NCBI GenBank assembly: GCA_963825135.1
Contig: CAWGRW010000009.1
Location: 672,001-736,000, forward strand
Reading direction: 5' to 3'
From: an uncultured bacterium
Lineage (GTDB): Bacteria > Desulfobacterota_D > UBA1144 > Nemesobacterales > UBA2774
Length of the DNA: 64,000 nucleotides
Shown: positions 41,454 to 51,946 of the stretch, piece by piece
Layout: each line of letters opens with the position of its first letter
Numbering within the stretch: the stretch's first letter is position 1
Made by a program: the position numbers and the translations under genes
The notes under the pieces: model-generated
Databases searched by the model: none
What the model was told of the DNA's origin: nothing
The model's input: the letters and a program-made list of their open reading frames with translations, nothing else

Positions 41454-42851
41454 ATGACAGGTAAAGTCTCAATTCTAACAGAGGATCGGAGCCTCGTAAA
41501 CGAAGTAGAAAATATCATGGGGGGCGGGGCTGTCGAGGTCTTTTCACGCACAGAGGACATAAGCGACGCAGACGTCGTACTGCTGGACGCAGACACCTCG
41601 GGCATAAACAATCTGAGCCAATTAAAAGATAAATATTTCGTGATAGTCGTTACGGCCGAAAAGGGCACCAGATACCTCATCGAATCGATGACCTTCGGGG
41701 CGTTTGACTGCGTATTCAGGCCCTTAAAAAACTCTTCGCTCTCCGAATCCCTCGATAAGGCTCTGGGGATTAAATCGGAGATCAAGGGCCGCCTCGTCGA
41801 GTTCCACGGCAATACGCAGGGTACGAGCGTTACCTGCGCGATAGTCGGGGACTCGCCCATGCTCCAGGAGGTGTGCAAGCTCATCGGTCAGGTCGGGAGG
41901 GTGGACGTCCCGGTCCTTATCACCGGGGAGAGCGGGACGGGTAAGGAATTAGTTGCAGAGTCCGTCTGGAAGGTGAGCACGAGGTGGGAAAAACCGTTCG
42001 TCGTGCTTAACTGCGCCGCCATTCCGGAGAGCCTTTTAGAGGCCGAGCTCTTCGGATACGAGAAAGGGGCTTTTACGGGCGCGACGGCGACCCGCACCGG
42101 AAAATTCGAGGAGGCGGACGGGGGCATAATATTCCTCGACGAAATCGGCGACATGCCGTTTCCGCTCCAGGCCAAGGTGCTGAGGGTGCTCCAGAGCGGG
42201 ACGTTCCACAGGCTCGGCTCCAGCAAAGAGATATCCGTCGACGTCAGGATAATAACCGCGACCAATAAAGACCTCGAAAGGATGGTCAGGGAAGGAAAAT
42301 TCAGGGAGGACCTCTATTTCCGCATAAACGTGGTGAGGATACACCTGCCCTCGCTCAAGGAAAGAAAAGAGGACATACCCCTCCTCTCCGAATGCTTTAC
42401 AAGGAGATACAGCGTACAGATAGGAAAGGAAATAAAAGGGACCACGGGCAAGTTCCAGAAAATGCTCCTCGAATACGACTGGCCCGGCAACGTGAGGGAG
42501 CTCGAAAACGTAATAAGAAAAGCGATCGCGTTCACGAAGACGCCCTACCTCACTTCGTACGACCTCGACCTGAAAGGCAGGCATCAGGCAGCCAAGCCGA
42601 TTGACAACATATCGTTTAAGGACGCCCTCAGGAGCTCGGTCAAGAGCCTTCTCGGCTCGGGGCACGGGGAGAACATATACGACTTGGTGGTGAAGGAAGC
42701 CGAGATAGTCCTGCTTCAGGAAGCGCTCGGCGCAAGCGGGTGGAACCGCTCGAAAGCGGCCAGGACTCTCGGAATCAACAGGCTTACGCTAAGGCGGAAG
42801 CTCGAGGAATACGGGCTCGGGGATAAGACGGGTACGGCGGATACGGAATAA
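41454..42851 (+). CDS. sigma54-dependent NtrC-family enhancer-binding protein with atypical receiver domain
   Basis: GESGTGKE, NCAAIPE, ELFG.EKGAFTGA, FLDEIGDM, FREDLYFR, WPGNVREL, Fis-type HTH; start set at 41454 behind an AAAGGGG SD. Confidence 0.95.
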   Translation: MTGKVSILTEDRSLVNEVENIMGGGAVEVFSRTEDISDADVVLLDADTSGINNLSQLKDKYFVIVVTAEKGTRYLIESMTFGAFDCVFRPLKNSSLSESLDKALGIKSEIKGRLVEFHGNTQGTSVTCAIVGDSPMLQEVCKLIGQVGRVDVPVLITGESGTGKELVAESVWKVSTRWEKPFVVLNCAAIPESLLEAELFGYEKGAFTGATATRTGKFEEADGGIIFLDEIGDMPFPLQAKVLRVLQSGTFHRLGSSKEISVDVRIITATNKDLERMVREGKFREDLYFRINVVRIHLPSLKERKEDIPLLSECFTRRYSVQIGKEIKGTTGKFQKMLLEYDWPGNVRELENVIRKAIAFTKTPYLTSYDLDLKGRHQAAKPIDNISFKDALRSSVKSLLGSGHGENIYDLVVKEAEIVLLQEALGASGWNRSKAARTLGINRLTLRRKLEEYGLGDKTGTADTE

Positions 42852-42861
42852 TTACGCGGGA

Positions 42862-43413
42862 TCAGCTCCCGAGCAGCTCCGAAATTTTAAATATCGAGTA
42901 AAACTCGATCCCCATGTCCTTGATCCTCTCCGCAGCCCCCTCTTCGCGGTCGACCACCACGAGGACTTTCCTCACGAGCGCTCCCGAGTTCCGGACCGCG
43001 TCTATCGCCGTGATAACGGATCCGCCCGACGTGACGACGTCCTCTACTACCGCCGTATTATCTCCGGGCCTCAGGTTTCCTTCTATCAGCTTTCCGGTCC
43101 CGTGTCCCTTCTCCTGCTTCCGGACCAGGAAGCCCTTGATGGGGTAATTTTCCCTCTGACTCGTAGCGAGAAGTGATCCCACTATCGGGTCCGCCCCCAT
43201 AGTCGGCCCGCCGACGGTGTCGATGAGCGGATCACGCCTGATTTCGCCCAGAAATATCTCGGCGACGAGGGAAACCCCTTCGGGGTGGAGCGTGGTAAGC
43301 CTCGCGTCTATGTAGTAATCGCTTTCCTTTCCCGACGCGAGCGTGAATTTTCCCCTGAGTATCGAGCTCTCGAGGAGTATCCGCTTTAGTCTATCTTTCT
43401 TTTCGGACGCCAC
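42862..43413 (-). CDS. pyrE: orotate phosphoribosyltransferase
   Basis: F.LASG..S.YYID, VRK..K.HGT, VVEDVVTSGGS. Confidence 0.95.
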   Translation of the reverse strand: MASEKKDRLKRILLESSILRGKFTLASGKESDYYIDARLTTLHPEGVSLVAEIFLGEIRRDPLIDTVGGPTMGADPIVGSLLATSQRENYPIKGFLVRKQEKGHGTGKLIEGNLRPGDNTAVVEDVVTSGGSVITAIDAVRNSGALVRKVLVVVDREEGAAERIKDMGIEFYSIFKISELLGS

Positions 43414-43503
43414 TGCGCTATGAATCTAACCTCAGTTGTAATTTATTGTCAATTTGCCGGCGGGAGGTAATACAGGCGGGCAGAGTGCGGGCGGCGCAGC
43501 GGG

Positions 43504-45969
43504 CTAATCCTTTAGAGACCTCACCTTCCAGATTTCCTCCGCGTATTCCGATATAGTCCTGTCGCTCGAGAATTTCCCGATACGGGCGACGTTCAGAATC
43601 GCCTTCCTCGCCCAATCCCCCGTTTTGAGAAACCCCTGCCCCACGGTTTGCTGCGTCTCGGCATAGGACTCGAAATCCGCGATGTGGAAAAATACGTCGC
43701 CGTTCATGAGAAGATTTTCGTAAATCCATTTAAACAGCCCGCGCTCTTCACTGCAGAATATATCCGACTCGAATGAATCCATTACCCTTTTCAGATAAGG
43801 GTTCCGTTCGTAGATGTCTCTCGGATGATAACTGTGCGACTGTTTCATATTCATTATCTCATCGGCCCTCAGACCGAATATGAATATATTCTCCTCCCCC
43901 ACCTCCTCCCTGATCTCGATGTTGGCCCCGTCCATCGTGCCTATAGTGAGCGCTCCGTTAAGCGCGAGCTTCATGTTCCCGGTGCCCGAGGCCTCTTTTC
44001 CCGCGGTCGATATCTGTTCGCTCAGGTCGGCGGCGGGGATTATCCTCTCCGCCAGGGTAACCTTGTAATCGGGAACGAATACCACCTTTAGCTGATCCCT
44101 CACCCTGGGGTCCGAATTCACGACACCGGCCAAGTTATTGATAAGCTTGATGATCTGCTTGGCCGCCCAGTATCCGGGAGCCGCCTTTCCCGCGAATATG
44201 TACGTCCTCGGCACATCGAGCTCCGCTCCGTCCTCAACGATCCTGAAATACTGATGAATAATGTGCATAATGTTCAGGAGCTGACGCTTGTACTCGTGGA
44301 TGCGCTTTATCTGGACATCGTACAGGCTCTCCGGATTCACGGTGATCCGCGTGATCCTCTGTATCAATTTAGCCAGGCTCTCCTTGTTTGATTTCTTGAT
44401 CCGGATGAATTCCCTCTGAAAACTCTCGTTGTCGGCATAGCCTTCAAGGGGCCTCAGCTTGTAGAGGTCCGTTATCCACCCTGCGCCGACCGTTTTGGTT
44501 ATTAGGCCGGCGAGACCCGGATTGCAATTGAGGAGCCATCTCCTCTGAGTGATACCGTTTGTCTTGTTATTGAACTTCTCGGGCGAGAGCTCGTAAAAAT
44601 CAGGGACGAGAGAGGTCTTGATCAGCTCCGAATGAAGCGCCGCCACACCGTTTACGGAGTGGCTGCCGATAATGGAGAGATGGGCCATGCGGACCCTCTT
44701 GCCGTTACCCTCTTCTATGAGCGACATCCTGCTTATTCGGGCGGGGTCCTGGGGCCATTTCGCTTTAATCTTTTTGAGGAACCTGTCGTTTATATCGTAG
44801 ATTATCTCCAGGTGGCGAGGTATTACGCGTTCGAAAAGCGATATGGGCCACTTCTCCATCGCTTCGGGAAGAAGCGTGTGGTTCGTGAACCCGAACGCGG
44901 ATTCCGTTATCGCCCACGCCCTGTCCCAGGGCATGTCGTTTTCGTCGATGAGTATCCTCATGAGCTCGGTTATGGCCAGCGCCGGGTGAGTATCGTTCAG
45001 CTGTATGGCGACTTTCGAAGAAAAATTCCCGAAGCCGTCGTGCCTTTTCAGAAACTGCCTCACGATATCGCGGACGGCGCACGAGACCAGGAAATATTCC
45101 TGAATGACCCTGAGCTCCTTTCCCTGCTCGACCGTATCCGAAGGGTACAGGACTTTCGATATGGTTTCCGACGACATTTTCAGCTCGACGGCCTTCATGT
45201 AATCGCCGCTGTTGAAAATCTTCATGTCGAACTCATTCGACGACCTGGCGGAATAGAGCCTCAGATAATTGACCGTCCTGTTCCCGTATCCCACTATAGG
45301 CATATCGTACGGAATACCGTAAAGGAATTTCCAGTCCTTCCAGGTCGGTCTATAGTTTCCGTTGACGTCTTTTTCTATTTTCACCTGACCGTATATAGGC
45401 ACGACACATATTTCACCCGGCCTTTCTATGAGCCAGGGCGATTCCTCGCCCAGCCAGTGGTCGGGATGCTCCACCTGATAACCGTTTATGATGTCCTGCT
45501 TGAAGATGCCGTAGTCATAATTAATGCCGTAGCCGAAACCCGGAATGCCGAGTGTCGCAAGCGAATCCAGAAAGCAGGCGGCGAGCCTCCCGAGACCGCC
45601 GTTCCCCAGAGCGGGGTCGGACTCCGTTTCGGATATATCGCACAGATCGACGCCGAGGCTTTTAAGCGCCTCCCTGCAAAGGTCGAATATTCCGAGGTTT
45701 ATGAGGTTATTCGTCAGCGAGCGGCCTATAAGGTATTCGAGGGACAGACAGTAGACCCTCTTCGGGTCCATCCTGTAGTATAAGTCCTGAGTATCGAACA
45801 TCCCGTCTATTATCAATTCCCTTACGGCAAGCGAAATGGAATGAAAGAGATCGTTATTGGAGGCGTCGATAATTTTCTTGCCTATCGAGTATTTCAGGTG
45901 ATAGAGTATCCTGTTCCGGAGGAACCCCGGGTCATAGGACAATTTCAGCGCGGAATCGAACTCAACCAT
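43504..45969 (-). CDS. glgP: glycogen/starch phosphorylase
   Basis: LGNGGLGRLAACFLDS, QLNDTHP, TNHTLLPEA, KRIHEYKRQ, EASGTGNMK. Confidence 0.98.
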   Translation of the reverse strand: MVEFDSALKLSYDPGFLRNRILYHLKYSIGKKIIDASNNDLFHSISLAVRELIIDGMFDTQDLYYRMDPKRVYCLSLEYLIGRSLTNNLINLGIFDLCREALKSLGVDLCDISETESDPALGNGGLGRLAACFLDSLATLGIPGFGYGINYDYGIFKQDIINGYQVEHPDHWLGEESPWLIERPGEICVVPIYGQVKIEKDVNGNYRPTWKDWKFLYGIPYDMPIVGYGNRTVNYLRLYSARSSNEFDMKIFNSGDYMKAVELKMSSETISKVLYPSDTVEQGKELRVIQEYFLVSCAVRDIVRQFLKRHDGFGNFSSKVAIQLNDTHPALAITELMRILIDENDMPWDRAWAITESAFGFTNHTLLPEAMEKWPISLFERVIPRHLEIIYDINDRFLKKIKAKWPQDPARISRMSLIEEGNGKRVRMAHLSIIGSHSVNGVAALHSELIKTSLVPDFYELSPEKFNNKTNGITQRRWLLNCNPGLAGLITKTVGAGWITDLYKLRPLEGYADNESFQREFIRIKKSNKESLAKLIQRITRITVNPESLYDVQIKRIHEYKRQLLNIMHIIHQYFRIVEDGAELDVPRTYIFAGKAAPGYWAAKQIIKLINNLAGVVNSDPRVRDQLKVVFVPDYKVTLAERIIPAADLSEQISTAGKEASGTGNMKLALNGALTIGTMDGANIEIREEVGEENIFIFGLRADEIMNMKQSHSYHPRDIYERNPYLKRVMDSFESDIFCSEERGLFKWIYENLLMNGDVFFHIADFESYAETQQTVGQGFLKTGDWARKAILNVARIGKFSSDRTISEYAEEIWKVRSLKD

Positions 45970-46160
45970 CTTCGTTACCTGTATATTAACACTTTTGAGC
46001 CAATTTATTGAAGCAGGGAATATACTTATATATTAGATCACGACATGAGATAATTATACTCTCGCCGGAGAATAAAGTTAAAATTTCTACTTATCCTCAT
46101 CTCCTAACAGTGTATAATAAAAATCCGAAATGCCAATCAGACAGAGCGCCTAACGACATA

Positions 46161-48077
46161 ATGGATCGCACAGAAACAGCCAATAACAAGCCGGGATCGA
46201 TAACGGATTACGACGTGTTCCTCTTCAAGCAGGGCGCTCATACGAAAATGTATGAAAAACTCGGCTCCCACGTTGCCGAAAAAGACGGTATGCCCGGGGT
46301 CCATTTTGCGGTCTGGGCCCCTAACGCCGACCGCGTCTCCGTTATCGGGGACTTCAACGGGTGGAATAAGGGCTCCCACAGTATGTCGCCCAGATGGGAC
46401 GAATCCGGGATATGGGAAACATTTATTCCGGGCCTCGGGAAGGGAGAGGTCTATAAATACTACATCAGGTCGAAATCCCGTAATTATCGTGTCGAGAAGG
46501 CGGACCCGTATGCCAGGCGTACCGAAACACCGCCCAAAACGGCCTCTATAGTATGGGAGCCCGATTATGAATGGCTCGACGCCGGGTGGCTCGATAGCCG
46601 ATACAAACACAACGCGCTTGACGCGCCTATCTCCATTTATGAAGTGCACATAGGCTCGTGGAGGAGGGTCCCGGAGGAGGGAAACAGGTCCCTCACGTAC
46701 AGGGAAATAGCCGGCCGGCTCGCCGAATATGTTAAATCGACCGGGTTCACGCACGTCGAATTCCTCCCGGTCATGGAGCACCCCTTCTACGGCTCGTGGG
46801 GCTACCAGATCACCGGGTACTTCGCTCCGACGAGCAGATACGGAAGCCCGGAGGATTTCATGTACCTGGTCGACGTGCTCCATCAAAACGATATAGGCGT
46901 CATCCTGGACTGGGTCCCCTCTCATTTTCCGGGAGACGAGCACGGGCTTGTCTATTTCGACGGCACTCACCTCTACGAGCACGCGGACCCCAAGAAGGGG
47001 TTCCATCCCGACTGGAGCTCATATATTTTCAACTACGGCAGGAACGAGGTCAGGGCGTTCCTTAAAAGCAGCGCCATGTACTGGTTCGACCTTTTCCATA
47101 TCGACGCCATGAGGGTTGACGCCGTAGCGTCCATGCTCTATCTCGACTACAGCAGGAAAGAGGGCGAGTGGATACCGAACGAATACGGCGGCAACCAGAA
47201 CCTGCACGCGATAGACTTCATAAAGGAATTGAACCAGTCCGTGTACAGCCGTCACCCGGACGTTCAAATGATTGCGGAGGAATCGACCGCGTGGCCGATG
47301 GTCTCCCGCCCGACATACGTCGGCGGTCTCGGATTCGGCATGAAATGGAACATGGGGTGGATGAACGACACGCTCGATTATTTCTCCGCCGACCCCGTTC
47401 ACAGGAAGTACCATCATAATGACCTCACGTTCAGCATCATGTACGCGTTTACTGAAAATTTCGTGCTCCCGTTTTCTCACGACGAAGTAGTCCACGAGAA
47501 GGGTTCTCTGCTCGGAAGGATGCCGGGAGACCTGTGGCGGAAGTTCGCGAACATGAGGGCCCTTTTCGGATACCTTTACGGGCATCCGGGGAAAAAGCTC
47601 CTGTTCATGGGCGGGGAGATAGGTCAATGGAGAGAATGGAGCCACGAGAGCAGCATCGACTGGCACCTCCTCGATTACCCCCTCCACAGCGGCCTGAGAC
47701 GCTGGGTCGAAGACCTCAACCGGTGCTATAGAACGGAGCCCGCGATGTATGAAATCGATTTTTCGTTCGAGGGGTTCGACTGGTCGGACTTCAAAGACTA
47801 TGAGCAGAGCGTGATCAGCTTTCTGAGAAAAAGCCGGGAGGAAACGGAGCTGATGCTGGTCGTCTGCAATTTCACGCCCGTCCCAAGGAGGCGCTACAGG
47901 GTCAGGGTCCCCAGGGCCGGACGCTGGAGCGAACGCCTGAACAGCGATTCCCGCTTCTACGGGGGGAGCGGAATCGGCAATTACGGAGGGGTATCGACGG
48001 TGACGACCGGATATCATTCGCACATAGAGATAGACCTTCCTCCGCTCGGAGTACTATTCTTCAAATACGAAGGATGA
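46161..48077 (+). CDS. glgB: 1,4-alpha-glucan branching enzyme
   Basis: FAVWAPNA, SWGYQ, DWVP.HF, RVDAVASMLY, AEEST, SHDEVVH; start probably 46161 rather than 46008. Confidence 0.96.
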   Translation: MDRTETANNKPGSITDYDVFLFKQGAHTKMYEKLGSHVAEKDGMPGVHFAVWAPNADRVSVIGDFNGWNKGSHSMSPRWDESGIWETFIPGLGKGEVYKYYIRSKSRNYRVEKADPYARRTETPPKTASIVWEPDYEWLDAGWLDSRYKHNALDAPISIYEVHIGSWRRVPEEGNRSLTYREIAGRLAEYVKSTGFTHVEFLPVMEHPFYGSWGYQITGYFAPTSRYGSPEDFMYLVDVLHQNDIGVILDWVPSHFPGDEHGLVYFDGTHLYEHADPKKGFHPDWSSYIFNYGRNEVRAFLKSSAMYWFDLFHIDAMRVDAVASMLYLDYSRKEGEWIPNEYGGNQNLHAIDFIKELNQSVYSRHPDVQMIAEESTAWPMVSRPTYVGGLGFGMKWNMGWMNDTLDYFSADPVHRKYHHNDLTFSIMYAFTENFVLPFSHDEVVHEKGSLLGRMPGDLWRKFANMRALFGYLYGHPGKKLLFMGGEIGQWREWSHESSIDWHLLDYPLHSGLRRWVEDLNRCYRTEPAMYEIDFSFEGFDWSDFKDYEQSVISFLRKSREETELMLVVCNFTPVPRRRYRVRVPRAGRWSERLNSDSRFYGGSGIGNYGGVSTVTTGYHSHIEIDLPPLGVLFFKYEG

Positions 48078-48129
48078 CGCTGCAATGCCCATAAATCTCT
48101 CTCGGGAATCCAAATAACGACATATAACC

Positions 48130-50319
48130 TTGAACAGATACTCGCTCGAAACCGGTAATACAGCAGGCATTCAGACAGGCAGGCCGGAACCGCTGGGGGC
48201 TACTTGGGACGGCTTCGGCGTCAATTTCGCTGTCTTCTCGGAATCCGCGGAGGGCATCGAATTATGCCTCTTTGCGAAGGGTGTGCCCGATACCGAGACC
48301 GGGAGGATTCCCCTTGCATCCGGGGCTGGCAATATATGGCGCGCTTACGTGCCAGGCCTGAAACCGGGTCAGCTATACGGATACAGGGCCCGCGGTATCT
48401 ACAATCCGTCCCGGGGACTCAGGTTCAATCCGAACAAGCTGCTCCTCGACCCTTACGCGAAGGCAGTTGACGGCGAGATCGCGCTGAGTGAGATACATTA
48501 CGACTGGAGGCAGCCCTCAAAGGGCAGCGAGCTCGAAGCGGATACGAGGGACAGCGCGGCTTATATGCCGAAATCGGTAGTCATCGAAGAGTCGTTCGGA
48601 TGGGGGACAGACGCTCCGCCGGGGGTGCCGTGGAGAAAGACAATAATTTACGAACTGCACGTCAAGGGATTTACGGCCCTCCACCCGCATGTGCCTGAAG
48701 AGCATAGGGGGACTTACACGGGGCTCACCGCGCCGCATGTACTGGATTATCTCCGTTCCCTGGGCGTAACCACGCTGGAATTGATGCCCGTGCACCATAG
48801 CGTGTCTGAAAAGAGGCTCCTCGAAAGCGGCCTCTGCAATTACTGGGGGTATAACTCGATCGGCTATTTCGCCCCGGACGCAAGGTTCTCGAGCACGGGC
48901 ACGAGGGGACAGCAGGTGACGGAGTTTAAAAATATGATTAAGACCCTTCACCGGGAGGGGTTCGAAGTGATACTCGACGTCGTTTACAACCACACCGCCG
49001 AAGGGGGCGCAACAGGGCCGACCCTGTCGTTAAGGGGCCTGGACAACGCTTCCTATTACCGGCTCGACCGAAAAAACAAGGCCCTGTATCAGAACTATAC
49101 GGGCTGCGGGAATACCATAAACTCTGCGAAACCGGCAGTATGGAGATTAATAGCGGACAGCCTCAGATACTGGGTCACCGAAATGCACGTCGACGGGTTC
49201 AGGTTCGACCTGGCGACCGCGCTATTCCGTGACGACCCCGATTACGACAGATCGCACGCCCTGTTCGCCATAATAAACCGGGACCCGGTTTTATCCGGGG
49301 TCAAGCTCATAGCCGAGCCCTGGGACCTGGGACCGGGAGGGTATCAGGCCGGGAGCTACCCCGAACCGTGGTCCGAATGGAACGACCGGTACAGGAACAC
49401 GGTGAGGCGGTTCTGGAGGGTGGAGCGCGGACAGTTAGGCGACCTCGCATACCGTATTAGCGGGTCGAGCGACTTGTACGGGACGAGGTCAAGGGGACCA
49501 TATGCGAGCGTCAACTATATCACATCACACGACGGGTTCACGCTCAACGACCTGGTGACATATGAGAAGAAGCATAACCAGGCGAACCTCGAGAACGGCA
49601 CGGACGGTACGGACTCCAATTACAGTTACAACTTCGGCGTAGAGGGACCCACCGACGACCCCGCTATCAAGAATAACAGAGAGAGACAGAAGCGTAACTT
49701 CATCGCGACGCTCCTGTTGTCACAAGGGGTCCCGATGATCACCGCGGGAGACGAATACGGGAGGACCCAGAGGGGCAACAACAACGCATACTGCCAGGAC
49801 AACGAAATTTCCTGGGTGGATTGGACCCGCGACGGCGCGCAGATTGAGCTCCTCGATTTTGCACGGCTAATGATTGACTTCCGGAAGAATCACCCGATAC
49901 TGAATCAGGGGAAATTCTTTCACGGGAACATAGTCAAGCACAACGGCTTTAAAGACCTTATATGGTTCAGGTCAGACGGAAGCGAAATGACTAACGGAGA
50001 CTGGCAGAACGCGAACCTGCTCTCTCTGGGCCTGATAAAGTCAGGCGACGACCTCAGGAATATCAGGAGGAGACAGAAACCCAGATTCGAAAACACACTC
50101 ATGATACTTCTTAACGCCGACCCCGGGGAAGTCGAGTTCGTTATCCCTTCCTACGGGATTGCGGGGAAATGGGAGATAATCATCGATACCGCTTCTTCCG
50201 GGGGTTCGAATGGATCGGGAAAGATTCGCGCGGGTGAAAAATACAGGACGCTCGGCAAGTCGCTAGCGGTCCTGGAACCTGTATATTCAACAAACACAAG
50301 AGTGAACGGTATCTTCTGA
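48130..50319 (+). CDS. glgX: glycogen debranching enzyme
   Basis: NYWGYN, DVVYNHT.EG, DGFRFDLA, AEPWD, HDGFTL.D, GNNNAYCQDN. Confidence 0.96.
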   Translation: MNRYSLETGNTAGIQTGRPEPLGATWDGFGVNFAVFSESAEGIELCLFAKGVPDTETGRIPLASGAGNIWRAYVPGLKPGQLYGYRARGIYNPSRGLRFNPNKLLLDPYAKAVDGEIALSEIHYDWRQPSKGSELEADTRDSAAYMPKSVVIEESFGWGTDAPPGVPWRKTIIYELHVKGFTALHPHVPEEHRGTYTGLTAPHVLDYLRSLGVTTLELMPVHHSVSEKRLLESGLCNYWGYNSIGYFAPDARFSSTGTRGQQVTEFKNMIKTLHREGFEVILDVVYNHTAEGGATGPTLSLRGLDNASYYRLDRKNKALYQNYTGCGNTINSAKPAVWRLIADSLRYWVTEMHVDGFRFDLATALFRDDPDYDRSHALFAIINRDPVLSGVKLIAEPWDLGPGGYQAGSYPEPWSEWNDRYRNTVRRFWRVERGQLGDLAYRISGSSDLYGTRSRGPYASVNYITSHDGFTLNDLVTYEKKHNQANLENGTDGTDSNYSYNFGVEGPTDDPAIKNNRERQKRNFIATLLLSQGVPMITAGDEYGRTQRGNNNAYCQDNEISWVDWTRDGAQIELLDFARLMIDFRKNHPILNQGKFFHGNIVKHNGFKDLIWFRSDGSEMTNGDWQNANLLSLGLIKSGDDLRNIRRRQKPRFENTLMILLNADPGEVEFVIPSYGIAGKWEIIIDTASSGGSNGSGKIRAGEKYRTLGKSLAVLEPVYSTNTRVNGIF

Positions 50320-50342
50320 CACGAAGCTTGAAAGACGTGAAA

Positions 50343-51840
50343 ATGAGAAAAAGCGGCGTACTGCTCCACATCACATCCCTCCCTTCGCCCTTCGGTATAG
50401 GAGACATGGGTCCCGAAGCCTACGTGTTCGCCGACTTTCTTTCGGAATCACGGCAGTCGCTCTGGCAGGTCCTGCCGTTGAACCCGACCGACGAGACATA
50501 CGGCAATTCACCCTACAGCGGCCCGTCCTCCTATGCAGGGAACCCGCTCCTGATTAGCCCGGAGCTTATGAAGGACGCGGGATACATTTCCGATGACGAT
50601 ATGAATTCGAGGACATTCGCGAAAACGGGGAATGTAGATTACGTCCTCGTTTCGGAATATAAAACCGGGATCTTCCGCCGCGCATTCGGCAACGCCGGAC
50701 CGAGTCTGCTTCGCGACGGGGAATTTGCGGCTTTTTCCGAAGCCAATAAGCACTGGCTCGACGATTATGCGCTATACGCCTCGTTGAAAGAATATTTGAA
50801 GTGCGCCACATGGAGAGACTTCCCCGCGGATTTGAGGGACAGGAACGGAAAGTCCCTGGAAGAGTGGAGGGATAAAGCGGGGAACGAAATCCTTTACCAC
50901 AAGTTTCTTCAGTATCTCTTCTTCAGTCAGTGGAGCTCGTTAAAGAAATACGCCAAAGACAGGGGCATAGGCTTCATAGGAGATATTCCTTACTACATTA
51001 ATTACGACAGCTCCGAGGTATGGACAGAGCCCGGGCTCTTTAAGCTCGACGCGGACAAAAAGCCCGGGTTCGTATCCGGGGTGCCGCCCGATTATTTCAG
51101 CAAAACCGGACAGCTGTGGGGAAATCCGGTTTACGACTGGGAAGCCCTGAAAGAGACCGGGTTCGAATGGTGGTTAAGACGCATAGGCCACAACTTGAAG
51201 TTATTCGACGCCCTGAGGCTCGACCACTTCAGGGGGTTCGTTTCGTACTGGGAGGTAAAAGCCGGAGAGAAGACCGCTTTAAACGGCAGATGGGTGGACC
51301 TCGACGCCGTAAGTTTTTTCGATGCTCTATTTTCAAATTTCGATAAATCGAGGTTCATAGCCGAGGACCTGGGCTATATAACCTCTGACGTCAAGAAAAT
51401 CATTAAAGACTACGACCTCCCGGGAATGAAGATACTGCTCTTCGCCTTCGGCAGCGATTTCCCCTACGGCGATTATCTGCCCGGGAATTTCAAAAATAAA
51501 AATTATATCGTATACACCGGCACTCACGATAACAATACGGTCCTGGGGTGGTGGAAAAAAGACGCGGGAAGCGCCGAAAAAGAAAGACTTTTAAAGTATA
51601 TGGGCCGGCGAGATAGATGACGGAGACATTAATTGGGAGTTAATAAGACTCGCGATGTCCTCGATCGCCGACACGGCGGTATTCCCCATGCAGGACATCC
51701 TGGGCCTGGACTCAGGCGCCAGAATGAACAGACCGTCGACCAGGTCCGGGAACTGGAAATGGAGGTTAAAACCCGGCTATTATAAAACTGCGATCATAAA
51801 AAGATTGCGGGAGCTCACGGAAAGCAGCAAAAGGGGATAA
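50343..51840 (+). pseudogene. malQ: 4-alpha-glucanotransferase, frameshifted near the C-terminus (possibly sequencing error)
   Basis: GVLLHITSLP, GVPPDYFS.TGQLWGNP, RLDHFRG, AEDLG, YTGTHDN. One extra base near 51606-51609 separates the tail (...ARMNRPS...NW.WR). Confidence 0.88.
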
Positions 51841-51946
51841 TATTTCGGTTAGTTCATTTCGGGTAAATACAATCTTAATATTTATATTTATACTTAATTC
51901 GAACTTTGGTCCGGTCTGAAGCGCCGTATTATAGAGGAGAAGTTAA

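Noticed and set aside
46008..46160. 51-aa N-terminal extension of GlgB (likewise 8696-8776 for DksA and 41400-41453 for the activator)
   Set aside because: AT-rich promoter-like sequence read from an upstream alternative start; family similarity begins at the later ATG.
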